From Eledone cirrhosa (taxonomy: Eukaryota), in assembly GCA_964016885.1 (NCBI GenBank), contig OZ024751.1, forward strand, positions 1,922,001 to 1,986,000: a stretch of 64,000 nucleotides of DNA, given 5' to 3'. Both the position numbers and the translations under genes were made by a program. A model generated the notes under the pieces. The model was given only the letters and a program-made list of their open reading frames with translations, was not told the origin of the DNA and ran no database searches. Shown here piece by piece: positions 12,101 through 24,399 of the stretch. Numbering within the stretch: the stretch's first letter is position 1; each line of letters starts with the position of its first letter.

Positions 12101-15100
12101 GTTGGTGTTATTGGTGTTACTGTTGTTGGTGTGGTTGGTGTTGTTTGTGTTACTGTTGTTGGTGTTGTTGGTGTTACTGTTATTGGTGTTGTTGGTGTTA
12201 CTGTTGTTGGTGTTGTTGGTGTTACTGTTGTGGTGTTGTTAGTGTTACTGTTGTTGGTGTTGTTATTGTTACTGTTGTTGGTGTTGTTGGTGTTACTGCT
12301 TTGGTGTTGTTGGTGTTACTTTTGTTGGTGTTGTTGGTGTTACTGTTGTTCGTGTTGTTGGTGTTACTGTTGTTGGTGTTGTTGGTGTTACTGTTGTTGA
12401 TGTTATTAGTGTTACTGTTGTTGGTGTTGTTGGTGTTACTGTTGTTGGTGTTGTTGGTGTTACTGTTATTGGTGTTACTGTTGTTGGTGTTGGTGGTGTG
12501 ACTGTTGTTGGTGTTGTTGGTGTTACTGTTGTTGGTGTTGTTAGTGTTACTGTTGTTGGTGTTGTTAGTGTTACTGTTGTTGGTGTTGTTGGTGTTACTG
12601 TTGTTGGTGTTGTTAGTGTTACTGTTGTTGGTGTTGTTATTGTTAATGTTGTTGGTATTGCTGGTGTTACTGTTGTTGGTGTTGTTGGTGTTACTGTTGT
12701 TGGTGTTGTTGGTGTTACTGTTGTTGGTGTTGTTGGTGTTACTGTTGTTGGTGTTATTAGTGTTACTGTTGTTGGTGTTGTTAGTGTTACTGTTGTTGGT
12801 GTTGTTGGTGTTAATGTTGTTGGTGTCGTTGGTGTTACTGTTGTTGGTGTTGTTGGTGTTACTGTTGTTGGTGTTGTTAGTGTTACTGTTGTTGGTGTTG
12901 TTAGTGTTACTGCCGTTGGTGTTGTTGGTGTTACTGTTGTTGGTGTTGTTGGTGTTACTTTTGTTGGTGTTGTTAGTGTTACTGTTGTTGGTGCTGTTAG
13001 TGTTACTGTTGTTGGTGTTGTTGGTGTTACTGTTGTTGGTGTTGTTGGTGTTACTGTTGTTGGTGTTATTTGTGTTAATGTTGTTGGTGTTGTTTGTGTT
13101 ACTGTTGTTGGTGTTGTTGGTGTTACTGTTGTTGGTGTTATTGGTGTTACTGTTGTCGGTGTTATTTGTGTTACTGTTGTTGGTGTTGTTGGTGTTACTG
13201 TTGTTGGTGTTATTGGTGTTACTGTTGTTGGTGTTGTTGGTGTTACTGTTGTTGGTGTTGTTAGTGTTACTGTTGTTGGTGTTGTTAGTGTTACTGTTGT
13301 TGGTGTTGTTGGTGTTACTGTTGTTGGTGTTGTTGGTGTTACTGTTGTTGGTGTTGTTAGTGTTACTGTTGTTGGTGTTGTTAGTGTTACTGTTGTTGGT
13401 GTTGTTGGTGTTACTGTTGTTGGTGTTGTTGGTGTTACTGTTGTTGGTGTTCGTAGTGTTACTGTTGTTGGTGTTGTTTGTGTTACTGTTGTTGGTGTTG
13501 TTGGTGTTACTGTTGTTGGTGTTATTGGTGTTACTGATGTTGGTATTGTTGGTGTTACTGTTGTTGGTGTTGTTGGTGTTACTGTTGTTGGTGTTGTTAG
13601 TATTAATGTTGTTGGTGTCGTTGGTGTTACTGTTGTTGGTGTTGGTGGTGTTACTGTTGTCGGTGTTGTTGGAGTTACTGTTGTTGTTGTTGTTGGTGTT
13701 ACTGTTGTTGGTGTTATTGGTGTTACTGTTGTTGGTGTTGTTGGTGTTGTTTGTGTTACTGTTGTTGGTGTTGTTGGTGTTACTGTTATTGGTGTTGTTG
13801 GTGTTACTGTTGTTGGTGTTGTTGGTGTTACTGTTGTGGTGTTGTTAGTGTTACTGTTGTTGGTGTTGTTATTGTTACTGTTGTTGGTTTTGTTGGTATT
13901 ACTGTTGTTGGTGTTATTGGTGTTACTGTTGTTGGTGTTGTTGGTGTTACTGTTGTTGGTGTTGTTGGTGTTACTGTTGTTGGTGTTGTTAGTATTAATG
14001 TTGTTGGTGTCGTTGGTGTTACTGTTGTTGGTGTTGGTGGTGTTACTGTTGTTGGTGTTGTTGGTGTTACTGTTGTTGGTGTTGTTCGTGTTACTGTTGT
14101 TGGGGTTGGTGTTACTGTTGTTGGTGTTGTTAGTATTAATGTTGTTGGTGTCGTTGGTGTTACTGTTGTTGGTGTTGTTGGTGTTACTGTTGTTGGTGTT
14201 GTTCGTGTTACTGTTGTTGGTGTTGGTGTTACTGTTGTGGTGTTGTTAGTGTTACTGTTGTTGGTGTTGTTATTGTTACTGTTGTTGGTTTTGTTGGTGT
14301 TACTGTTGTTGGTGTTAGTGTTACTGTTGTTGGTGTTGTTAGTGTTACTGTTGTTGGTTTTGTTGGTGTTACTGCTGTTGGTGTTGTCAGTGTTACTGTT
14401 GTTGGTGTTGTTAGTGTTACTGTTGTTGGTGTTGCTGTTGTTACTGTTGTTGGTGTTGTTGGTGTTACTGTTGTTGGTGTTGTTGGTGTTACTGTTGTTG
14501 GTGTTGTTGGTGTTACTGTTGTTGGTGTTATTAGTGTTACTGTTGTTGGTGTTGTTAGTGTTACTGTTGTTGGTGTTGTTGGTGTTAATGTTGCTGGTGT
14601 TGTTGGTGTTACTGTTGTTGGTGTTGTTGGTGTTTCTGTTGTTGGTGTTGTTAGTGTTACTGTTGTTGGTGTTACTGTTGTTGGTGTTGTTAGTGTTACT
14701 GTTGTCGGTGTTGTTGGTGTTACTGTTGTTGGTGTTGTTGGTGTTACTTTTGTTGGTGTTGTTAGTGTTACTGTTGTTGGTGTTGTTAGAGTCACTGTTG
14801 TTGGTGTTGTTGGTGTTACTGTTGTTGGTGTTGTTGGTGTTACTGTTGTTGGTGTTGCTGGTGTTACTGTTGTTGGTGTTGTTGGTGTTACTGTTGTTGG
14901 TGTTGTTGGTGTTACTGTTGTTGGTGTTGTTGGTGTTACTGTTGTTGGTGTTATTAGTGTTAATGTTGTTGGTGTTGTTTGTGTTACTGTTGTTGGTGTT
15001 GTTGGTGTTACTGTTGTTGGTGTTATTGGTGTTACTGATGTTGGTGTTGTTGGTGTTACTGTTGTTGGTGTTGTTGGTGTTACTGTTGTTGGTGTTGTTA

Positions 15101-15386
15101 GTATTAATGTTGTTGGTGTCGTTGGTGTTACTGTTGTTGGTGTTGTTGGTGTTACTGTTGTTGGTGTTGTTGGAGTTACTGTTGTTGTTGTTGGTGTTAC
15201 TGTTGTTGGTGTTATTGGTGTTACTGTTGTTGGTGTGGTTGGTGTTGTTTGTGTTACTGTTGTTGGTGTTGTTGGTGTTACTGTTATTGGTGTTGTTGGT
15301 GTTACTGTTGTTGGTGTTGTTGGTGTTACTGTTGTGGTGTTGTTAGTGTTACTGTTGTTGGTGTTGTTATTGTTACTGTTGTTGGT
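9164..15386. repeat. Near-identical 3104-bp tandem duplication (~9164-12267 / ~12268-15371)
   Basis: ORF pairs 9401/12505, 10647/13751, 11125/14229 and 12131/15235 are all offset by 3104. The one difference I spotted is actgccatt (~9805) vs actgccgtt (~12909). Confidence 0.92.
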
Positions 15387-16039
15387 TTTGTTGGTGTTAC
15401 TGTTGTTGGTGTTATTGGTGTTACTGTTGTTGGTGTTGTTGGTGTTACTGTTGTTGGTGTTGTTGGTGTTACTGTTGTTGGTGTTGTTAGTATTAATGTT
15501 GTTGGTGTCGTTGGTGTTACTGTTGTTGGTGATGGTGGTGTTACTGTTGTTGGTGTTGTTGGTGTTACTGTTGTTGGTGTTGTTCGTGTTACTGTTGTTG
15601 GTGTTGGTGTTACTGTTGTTGGTGTTGTTAGTGTTACTGTTGTTGGTGTTGGTGTTGGTGTTACTGTTGTTGGTGTTGTTGGTGTTACTGTTGTTGGTGT
15701 TGTTGGTGTTACTGTTGTGGTGTTGTTAGTGTTACTGTTGTTGGTGTTGTTAGTGTTACTGTTGTTGGTTTTGTTGGTGTTACTGTTGTTGGTGTTGTCA
15801 GTGTTACTGTTGTTGGTGTTGTTAGTGTTACTGTTGTTGGTGTTGTTATTGTTACTGTTGTTGCTGTTGCTGGTGTTACTGTTGTTGGTGTTGTTGGTGT
15901 TACTGTTGTTGGTGTTGTTGGTGTTACTGTTGTTGGTGTTGTTGGTGTTACTGTTGTTGGTGTTATTAGTGTTACTGTTGTTGGTGTTGTTAGTGTTACT
16001 GTTGTTGGTGTTGTTGGTGTTACTGTTGTTGGTGTTGTT

Positions 16040-19000
16040 GGTGTTTCTGTTGTTGGTGTTGTTAGTGTTACTGTTGTTGGTGTTGTTAGTGTTACTGTTG
16101 TCGGTGTTGTTGGTGTTACTGTTGTTGGTGTTGTTGGTGTTACTTTTGTTGGTGTTGTTAGTGTTACTGTTGTTGGTGTTGTTAGCGTTACTGTTGTTGG
16201 TGTTGTTGGTGTTACTGTTGTTGGTGTCGTTGGTGTTACTGTTGTTGGTGTTATTAGTGTTAATGTTGTTGGTGTTGTTTGTGTTACTGTTGTTGGTGTT
16301 GTTGGTGTTACTGTTGTTGGTGTTTTTGGTGTTACTGTTGTTGGTGTTGTTTGTGTTATTGTTGTTGGTGTTGTTGGTGTTACTGTTGTTGGTGTTATTG
16401 GTGTTACTGTTGTTGGTGTTGTTGGTGTTACTGTTGTTGGTGTTGTTAGTGTTACTGTTGTTGGTGTTGTTAGTGTTACTGTTGTTGGTGTTGTTGGTGT
16501 TACTGTTGTTGGTGTTGTTGGTGTTACTGTTGTTGGTGTTGTTAGTGTTACTGTTGTTGGTGTTGTTAGTGTTACTGTTGTTGGTGTTGTTGGTGTTACT
16601 GTTGTTGGTGTTGTTGGTGTTACTGTTGTTGGTGTTATTAGTGTTACTGTTGTTGGTGTTGTTTGTGTTACTGCTGTTGGTGTTGTTGGTGTTACTGTTG
16701 TTGGTGTTATTGGTGTTACTGATGTTGGTGTTGTTGGTGTTACTGTTGTTGGTGTTGTTGGTGTTACTGTTGTTGGTGTTGTTAGTATTAATGTTGTTGG
16801 TGTCGTTGGTGTTACTGTTGTTGGTGTTGGTGGTGTTACTGTTGTTGGTGTTGTTGGAGTTACTGTTGTTGTTGTTGTTGATGTTACTGTTGTTGGTGTT
16901 ATTGGAGTTACTGTTGTTGGTGTTGTTGGTGTTGTTTGTGTTACTGTTGTTGGTGTTGTTGGTGTTACTGTTATTGGTGTTGTTGGTGTTACTGTTGTTG
17001 GTGTTGTTGGTGTTACTGTTGTGGTGTTGTTAGTGTTACTGTTGTTGGTGTTGTTATTGTTACTGTTGTTGGTTTTGTTGGTGTTACTGTTGTTGGTGTT
17101 ATTGGTGTTACTGTTGTTGGTGTTGTTGGTGTTACTGTTGTTGGTGTTGTTAGTATTAATGTTGTTGGTGTCGTTGCTGTTACTGTTGTTGGTGTTGGTG
17201 GTATAACTGTTGTTGGTGTTGTTGGTGTTACTGTTGTTGGTGTTGTTCGTGTTACTGTTGTTGGTGTTGGTGTTACTGCTGTTGGTGTTGTTAGTGTTAC
17301 TGTTGTTGGTGTTGGTGTTGGTGTTACTGTTGTTGGTGTTGTTGGTGGTACTGTTGTTGGTGTTGTTGGTGTTACTGTTGTGGTGTTGTTGGTGTTACTT
17401 TTGTTGGTGTTGTTAGTGTTACTGTTGTTGGTTTTGTTAGTGTTACTGTTGTTGGTGTTGTTGGTGTTACTGTTGTTGGTGTTGTTGGTGTTACTGTTGT
17501 TGGTGTTATTAGTGTTACTGTTGTTGGTGTTGTATGTGTTACTGTTGTTGGTGTTGTTGGTGTTACTGTTGTTGGTGTTATTGGTGTTACTGATGTTGGT
17601 GATGTTGGTGTTACTGTTGTTGGTGTTGTTGGTGTTAGTGTTGTTGGTGTTGTTAGTATTAATGTTGTTGGTGTCGTTGGTGTTACTGTTGTTGGTGTTG
17701 GTGGTGTTACTGTTGTTGGTGTTGTTGGTGTTTCTGTTGTTGGTGTTGTTAGTGTTACTGTTGTTGGTGTTGTTAGTGTTACTGTTGTCGGTGTTGTTGG
17801 TGTTACTGTTGTTGGTGTTGTTGGTGTTACTTTTGTTGGTGTTGTTAGTGTTACTGTTGTTGGTGTTGTTAGCGTTACTGCTGTTGGTGTCGTTGGTGTT
17901 ACTGTTGTTGGTGTTATTAGTGTTAATGTTGTTGGTGTTGTTTGTGTTACTGTTGTTGGTGTTGTTGGTGTTACTGTTGTTGGTGTTTTTGGTGTTACTG
18001 TTGTTGGTGTTGTTTGTGTTATTGTTGTTGGTGTTGTTGGTGTTACTGTTGTTGGTGTTATTGGTGTTACTGTTGTTGGTGTTGTTGGTGTTACTGTTGT
18101 TGGTGTTGTTAGTGTTACTGTTGTTGGTGTTGTTAGTGTTACTGTTGTTGGTGTTGTTGGTGTTTCTGTTGTTGGTGTTGTTAGTGTTACTGTTGTTGGT
18201 GTTGTTAGTGTTACTGTTGTCGGTGTTGTTGGTGTTACTGTTGTTGGTGTTGTTGGTGTTACTTTTGTTGGTGTTGTTAGTGTTACTGTTGTTGGTGTTG
18301 TTAGCGTTACTGTTGTTGGTGTCGTTGGTGTTACTGTTGTTGGTGTTATTAGTGTTAATGTTGTTGGTGTTGTTTGTGTTACTGTTGTTGGTGTTGTTGG
18401 TGTTACTGTTGTTGGTGTTTTTGGTGTTACTGTTGTTGGTGTTGTTTGTGTTATTGTTGTTGGTGTTGTTGCTGTTACTGTTGTTGGTGTTATTGGTGTT
18501 ACTGTTGTTGGTGTTGTTGGTGTTACTGTTGTTGGTGTTGTTAGTGTTACTGTTGTTGGTGTTGTTAGTGTTACTGTTGTTGGTGTTGTTGGTGTTACTG
18601 TTGTTGGTGTTGTTGGTGTTACTGTTGTTGGTGTTGTTAGTGTTACTGTTGTTGGTGTTGTTAGTGTTACTGTTGTTGGTGTTGTTGGTGTTACTGTTGT
18701 TGGTGTTGTTGGTGTTACTGTTGTTGGTGTTATTAGTGTTACTGTTGTTGGTGTTGTTTGTGTTACTGCTGTTGGTGTTGTTGGTGTTACTGTTGTTGGT
18801 GTTATTGGTGTTACTGATGTTGGTGTTGTTGGTGTTACTGTTGTTGGTGTTGTTGGTGTTACTGTTGTTGGTGTTGTTAGTATTAATGTTGTTGGTGTCG
18901 TTGGTGTTACTGTTGTTGGTGTTGGTGGTGTTACTGTTGTTGGTGTTGTTGGAGTTACTGTTGTTGTTGTTGTTGATGTTACTGTTGTTGGTGTTATTGG

Positions 19001-19830
19001 AGTTACTGTTGTTGGTGTTGTTGGTGTTGTTTGTGTTACTGTTGTTGGTGTTGTTGGTGTTACTGTTATTGGTGTTGTTGGTGTTACTGTTGTTGGTGTT
19101 GTTGGTGTTACTGTTGTGGTGTTGTTAGTGTTACTGTTGTTGGTGTTGTTATTGTTACTGTTGTTGGTTTTGTTGGTGTTACTGTTGTTGGTGTTATTGG
19201 TGTTACTGTTGTTGGTGTTGTTGGTGTTACTGTTGTTGGTGTTGTTGGTGTTACTGTTGTTGGTGTTGTTAGTATTAATGTTGTTGGTGTCGTTGCTGTT
19301 ACTGTTGTTGGTGTTGGTGGTGTTACTGTTGTTGGTGTTGTTGGTGTTACTGTTGTTGGTGTTGTTCGTGTTACTGTTGTTGGTGTTGGTGTTACTGCTG
19401 TTGGTGTTGTTAGTGTTACTGTTGTTGGTGTTGGTGTTGGTGTTACTGTTGTTGGTGTTGTTGGTGGTACTGTTGTTGGTGTTGTTGGTGTTACTGTTGT
19501 GGTGTTGTTGGTGTTACTTTTGTTGGTGTTGTTAGTGTTACTGTTGTTGGTTTTGTTAGTGTTACTGTTGTTGGTGTTGTTGGTGTTACTGTTGTTGGTG
19601 TTGTTGGTGTTACTGTTGTTGGTGTTATTAGTGTTACTGTTGTTGGTGTTGTATGTGTTACTGTTGTTGGTGTTGTTGGTGTTACTGTTGTTGGTGTTAT
19701 TGGTGTTACTGATGTTGGTGATGTTGGTGTTACTGTTGTTGGTGTTGTTGGTGTTACTGTTGTTGGTGTTGTTAGTATTAATGTTGTTGGTGTCGTTGGT
19801 GTTACTGTTGTTGGTGTTGGTGGTGTTACT
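16040..19830. repeat. ~2.1 kb higher-order duplication (offset 2095, 2119 after a one-unit indel)
   Basis: ORF starts 16936->19031 and 17021->19116. Shared rare markers are gttgatgtt…attggagtt, gtcgttgct and gtatgt. Confidence 0.8.
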
Positions 19831-20939
19831 GTTGTTGGTGTTGTTGGAGTTACTGTTGTTGTTGTTGTTGGTGTTACTGTTGTTGGTGTTATTGGTGTTA
19901 CTGTTGTTGGTGTTGTTGGTGTTGTTTGTGTTACTGTTGTTGGTGTTGTTGGTGTTACTGTTATTGGTGTTGTTGGTGTTACTGTTGTTGGTGTTGTTGG
20001 TGTTACTGTTGTGGTGTTGTTAGTGTTACTGTTGTTGGTGTTGTTATTGTTACTGTTGTTGGTTTTGTTGGTGTTACTGTTGTTGGTGTTATTGGTGTTA
20101 CTGTTGTTGGTGTTGTTGGTGTTACTGTTGTTGGTGTTGTTGGTGTTACTGTTGTTGGTGTTTTTAGTATTAATGTTGTTGGTGTCGTTGGTGTTACTGT
20201 TGTTGGTGTTGGTGGTGTTACTGTTGTTGGTGTTGTTGGTGTTACTGTTGTTGGTGTTGTTCGTGTTACTGTTGTTGGTGTTGGTGTTACTGTTGTTGGT
20301 GTTGTTAGTGTTACTGTTGTTGGTGTTGGTGTTGGTGTTACTGTTGTTGGTGTTGTTGGTGTTACTGTTGTTGGTGTTGTTGGTGTTACTGTTGTGGTGT
20401 TGTTAGTGTTACTGTTGTTGGTGTTGTTAGTGTTACTGTTGTTGGTTTTGTTGGTGTTACTGTTGTTGGTGTTGTCAGTACTACTGTTGTTGGTGTTGTT
20501 AGTGTTACTGTTGTTGGTGTTGTTGGTGTTAATGTTGTTGGTGTTGTTGATCTTACTGTTGTTGGTGATGTTGGTGTTACTGTTGTTGGTGTTGTTGGTT
20601 TTACTATTGTTGGTGTTGTTGGTGTTACTGTTGTTGGTGTTGTTGGTTTTGCTGTTGTTGGTGTTGTTGGTGTTATTGTTGTTGGTATTGTTGGTGTTAC
20701 TGTTGTTGGTGTTGTTAGTATTACTGTTGTTGGTGTTGGTGGTGTTACTGTTGTTGGTGCTGTTGGTGTTACTGTTGTTGGTGTTGTTGGTGTTACTGTT
20801 GTTGGTGTTGTTAGTGTTACTGTTCTTGGTGTTGTTGGTGTTACTGTTGTTGGTGTTGTTGGTGTTACTGTTGTTGGTGTTGTTGGTGTTACTGTTGTTG
20901 GTGTTGGTGGTGTTACTGTTGTTGGTGTTGGTGGTGTTA

Positions 20940-23190
20940 CTGTTGTTGGTGTTGTTGGTGTTACTGTTGTTGGTGTTGTTGGTGTTACTGTTGTTGGTGT
21001 TGTTGGTGTTACTGTTGTTGGTGTTGTTAGTATTACTGTTGTTGGTATGGTTGGTGTTAATGTTGTTGGTGTTGTTGGTGTTACTGTTGTTGGTGTTGTT
21101 GTTGTTACTGTTGTTGGTGTTGTTAGTATTACTATTGTTGGTGTTGGTGGTGTTACTGTTGTTGGTGTTGTTGGTGTTACTGTTGTTGGTGTTGTTAGTA
21201 TTACTGATGTTGGTGTTGGTGGTGTTACTGTTGTTGGTGTTGTTGGTGTTACTGTTGTTGTTGTTGTTGGTGTTACTGTTGTTGGTGTTGTTAGTGTTAC
21301 TGTTGTTGGTGTTGTTGGTGTTACTGTTGTTGGTGTTGGTGGTGTTACTGTTGTTGGTGTTGTTTGTGTTACTGTTGTTGGTGTTGTTTGTGTTACTGTT
21401 GTTGGTGTTGGTGGTGTTACTGTTGTTGGTGTTGTTGGTGTTACTGTTGTTGGTGTTGTTGGTGTTACTGTTCTTGGTGTTGTTGGTGTTACTGTTGTTG
21501 GTGGTGTTGGTGTTACTGTTGTTGGTGTTGTTAGTGTTAATGTTGTTGGTGTTGTTGGTGTTACTGTTGTTGGTGTTGTTGGTGTTACCGTTGTTGGTGT
21601 TGTTGGTGTTACTGTTGTTGGTGTTGTTGGTGTTACTGTTGTTGGTGTTATTGGTGTTACTGTTGTTGGTGTTGTTGGTGTTACTGTTGTTGGTGTTGTT
21701 AGTGTTACTGTTGTTGGTGTTGTTAGTGTTACTGTTGTTGGTGTTGTTGGTGTTACTGTTGTTGGTGTTGTTGGTGTTACTGTTGTTGGTGTTGTTAGTT
21801 TTACTGTTATTGGTGTTGTTAGTGTTACTGTTGTTGGTGTTGTTGGTGTTACTGTTGTTGGTGTTGTTGGTGTTACTGTTGTTGGTGTTATTAGTGTTAC
21901 TGTTGTTGGTGTTGTTGGTGTTGCTGTTGTTGGTGTTATTGGTGTTACTGATGTTGGTGTTGTTGGTGTTACTGTTGTTGGTGTTGTTGGTGTTACTGTT
22001 GTTGGTGTTGTTAGTATTAATGTTGTTGGTGTCGTTGGTGTTACTGTTGTTGGTATTGGTGGTGTTACTGTTGTTGGTGTTGTTGGTGTTACTGTTGTTG
22101 GTGTTGTTGGTGTTACTGTTGTTGGTGTTGTTAGTATTACTGTTGTTGGTATGGTTGGTGTTAATGTTGTTGGTGTTGTTGGTGTTACTGTTGTTGGTGT
22201 TGTTGTTGTTACTGTTGTTGGTGTTGTTAGTATTACTATTGTTGGTGTTGGTGGTGTTACTGTTGTTGGTGTTGTTGGTGTTACTGTTGTTGGTGTTGTT
22301 AGTATTACTGATGTTGGTGTTGGTGGTGTTACTGTTGTTGGTGTTGTTGGTGTTACTGTTGTTGTTGTTGTTGGTGTTACTGTTGTTGGTGTTGTTAGTG
22401 TTACTGTTGTTGGTGTTGTTGGTGTTACTGTTGTTGGTGTTGGTGGTGTTACTGTTGTTGGTGTTGTTTGTGTTACTGTTGTTGGTGTTGTTTGTGTTAC
22501 TGTTGTTGGTGTTGGTGGTGTTACTGTTGTTGGTGTTGTTGGTGTTACTGTTGTTGGTGTTGTTGGTGTTACTGTTCTTGGTGTTGTTGGTGTTACTGTT
22601 GTTGGTGGTGTTGGTGTTACTGTTGTTGGTGTTGTTAGTGTTAATGTTGTTGGTGTTGTTGGTGTTACTGTTGTTGGTGTTGTTGGTGTTACCGTTGTTG
22701 GTGTTGTTGGTGTTACTGTTGTTGGTGTTGTTGGTGTTACTGTTGTTGGTGTTATTGGTGTTACTGTTGTTGGTGTTGTTGGTGTTACTGTTGTTGGTGT
22801 TGTTAGTGTTACTGTTGTTGGTGTTGTTAGTGTTACTGTTGTTGGTGTTGTTGGTGTTACTGTTGTTGGTGTTGTTGGTGTTACTGTTGTTGGTGTTGTT
22901 AGTTTTACTGTTATTGGTGTTGTTAGTGTTACTGTTGTTGGTGTTGTTGGTGTTACTGTTGTTGGTGTTGTTGGTGTTACTGTTGTTGGTGTTATTAGTG
23001 TTACTGTTGTTGGTGTTGTTGGTGTTGCTGTTGTTGGTGTTATTGGTGTTACTGATGTTGGTGTTGTTGGTGTTACTGTTGTTGGTGTTGTTGGTGTTAC
23101 TGTTGTTGGTGTTGTTAGTATTAATGTTGTTGGTGTCGTTGGTGTTACTGTTGTTGGTATTGGTGGTGTTACTGTTGTTGGTGTTGTTGG
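20940..23190. repeat. 1104-bp (46-unit) tandem duplication
   Basis: ggtatggttggtgttaat at 21047 and 22151. The accgtt, agttttact and actgat markers repeat at the same offset. Confidence 0.85.
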
Positions 23191-24399
23191 AGTTACTGTT
23201 GTTGTTGTTGTTGGTGTTACTGTTGTTGGTGTTATTGGTGTTACTGTTGTTGGTGTTGTTGGTGTTGTTTGTGTTACTGTTGTTGGTGTTGTTTGTGTTA
23301 CTGTTGTTGGTGTTATTAGTGTTACTGTTGTTGGTGTTGTTGGTGTTGCTGTTGTTGGTGTTATTGGTGTTACTGATGTTGGTGTTGTTGGTGTTACTGT
23401 TGTTGGTGTTGTTGGTGTTACTGTTGTTGGTGTTGTTAGTATTAATGTTGTTGGTGTCGTTGGTGTTACTGTTGTTGGTATTGGTGGTGTTACTGTTGTT
23501 GGTGTTGTTGGAGTTACTGTTGTTGTTGTTGTTGGTGTTACTGTTGTTGGTGTTATTGGTGTTACTGTTGTTGGTGTTGTTGGTGTTGTTTGTGTTACTG
23601 TTGTTGGTGTTGTTGGTGTTACTGTTATTGGTGTTGTTGGTGTTACTGTTGTTGGTGTTGTTGGTGTTACTGTTGTGGTGTTGTTAGTGTTACTGTTGTT
23701 GGTGTTGTTATTGTTACTGTTGTTGGTTTTGTTGGTGTTACTGTTGTTGGTGTTATTGGTGTTACTGTTGATGGTGTTGTTGGTGTTACTGTTGTTGGTG
23801 TTGTTGGTGTTACTGTTGTTGGTGTTGTTAGTATTAATGTTGTTGGTGTCGTTGGTGTTACTGTTGTTGGTGTTGTTAGTGTTACTGTTGTTGGTTTTGT
23901 TGGTGTTACTGTTGTTGGTGTTGTCAGTGTTACTGTTGTTGGTGTTGTCAGTGTTACTGTTGTTGGTGTTGTTGGTGTTACTGTTGTTGGTGTTGTTGGT
24001 CTTACTGTTGTTGGTGATGTTGGTGTTACTGTTGTTGGTGTTGGTGTTGGTGTTACTGTTGTTGGTGTTGTTGGTGTTACTGTTGTTGGTGTTGTTGGTG
24101 TTAATGTTGTGGTGTTGTTAGTGTTACTGTTGTTGGTGTTGTTAGTGTTACTGTTGTTGGTTTTGTTGGTGTTACTGTTGTTGGTGTTGTCAGTGTTACT
24201 GTTGTTGGTGTTGTCAGTGTTACTGTTGTTGGTGTTGTTGGTGTTACTGTTGTTGGTGTTGTTGGTCTTACTGTTGTTGGTGATGTTGGTGTTACTGTTG
24301 TTGGTGTTGTTGGTTTTACTGTTGTTGGTGTTGTTGGTGTTACTGTTGTTGGTGTTGTTTGTTTTGCTGTTGTTGGTGTTGTTGGTGTTACTGTTGTTG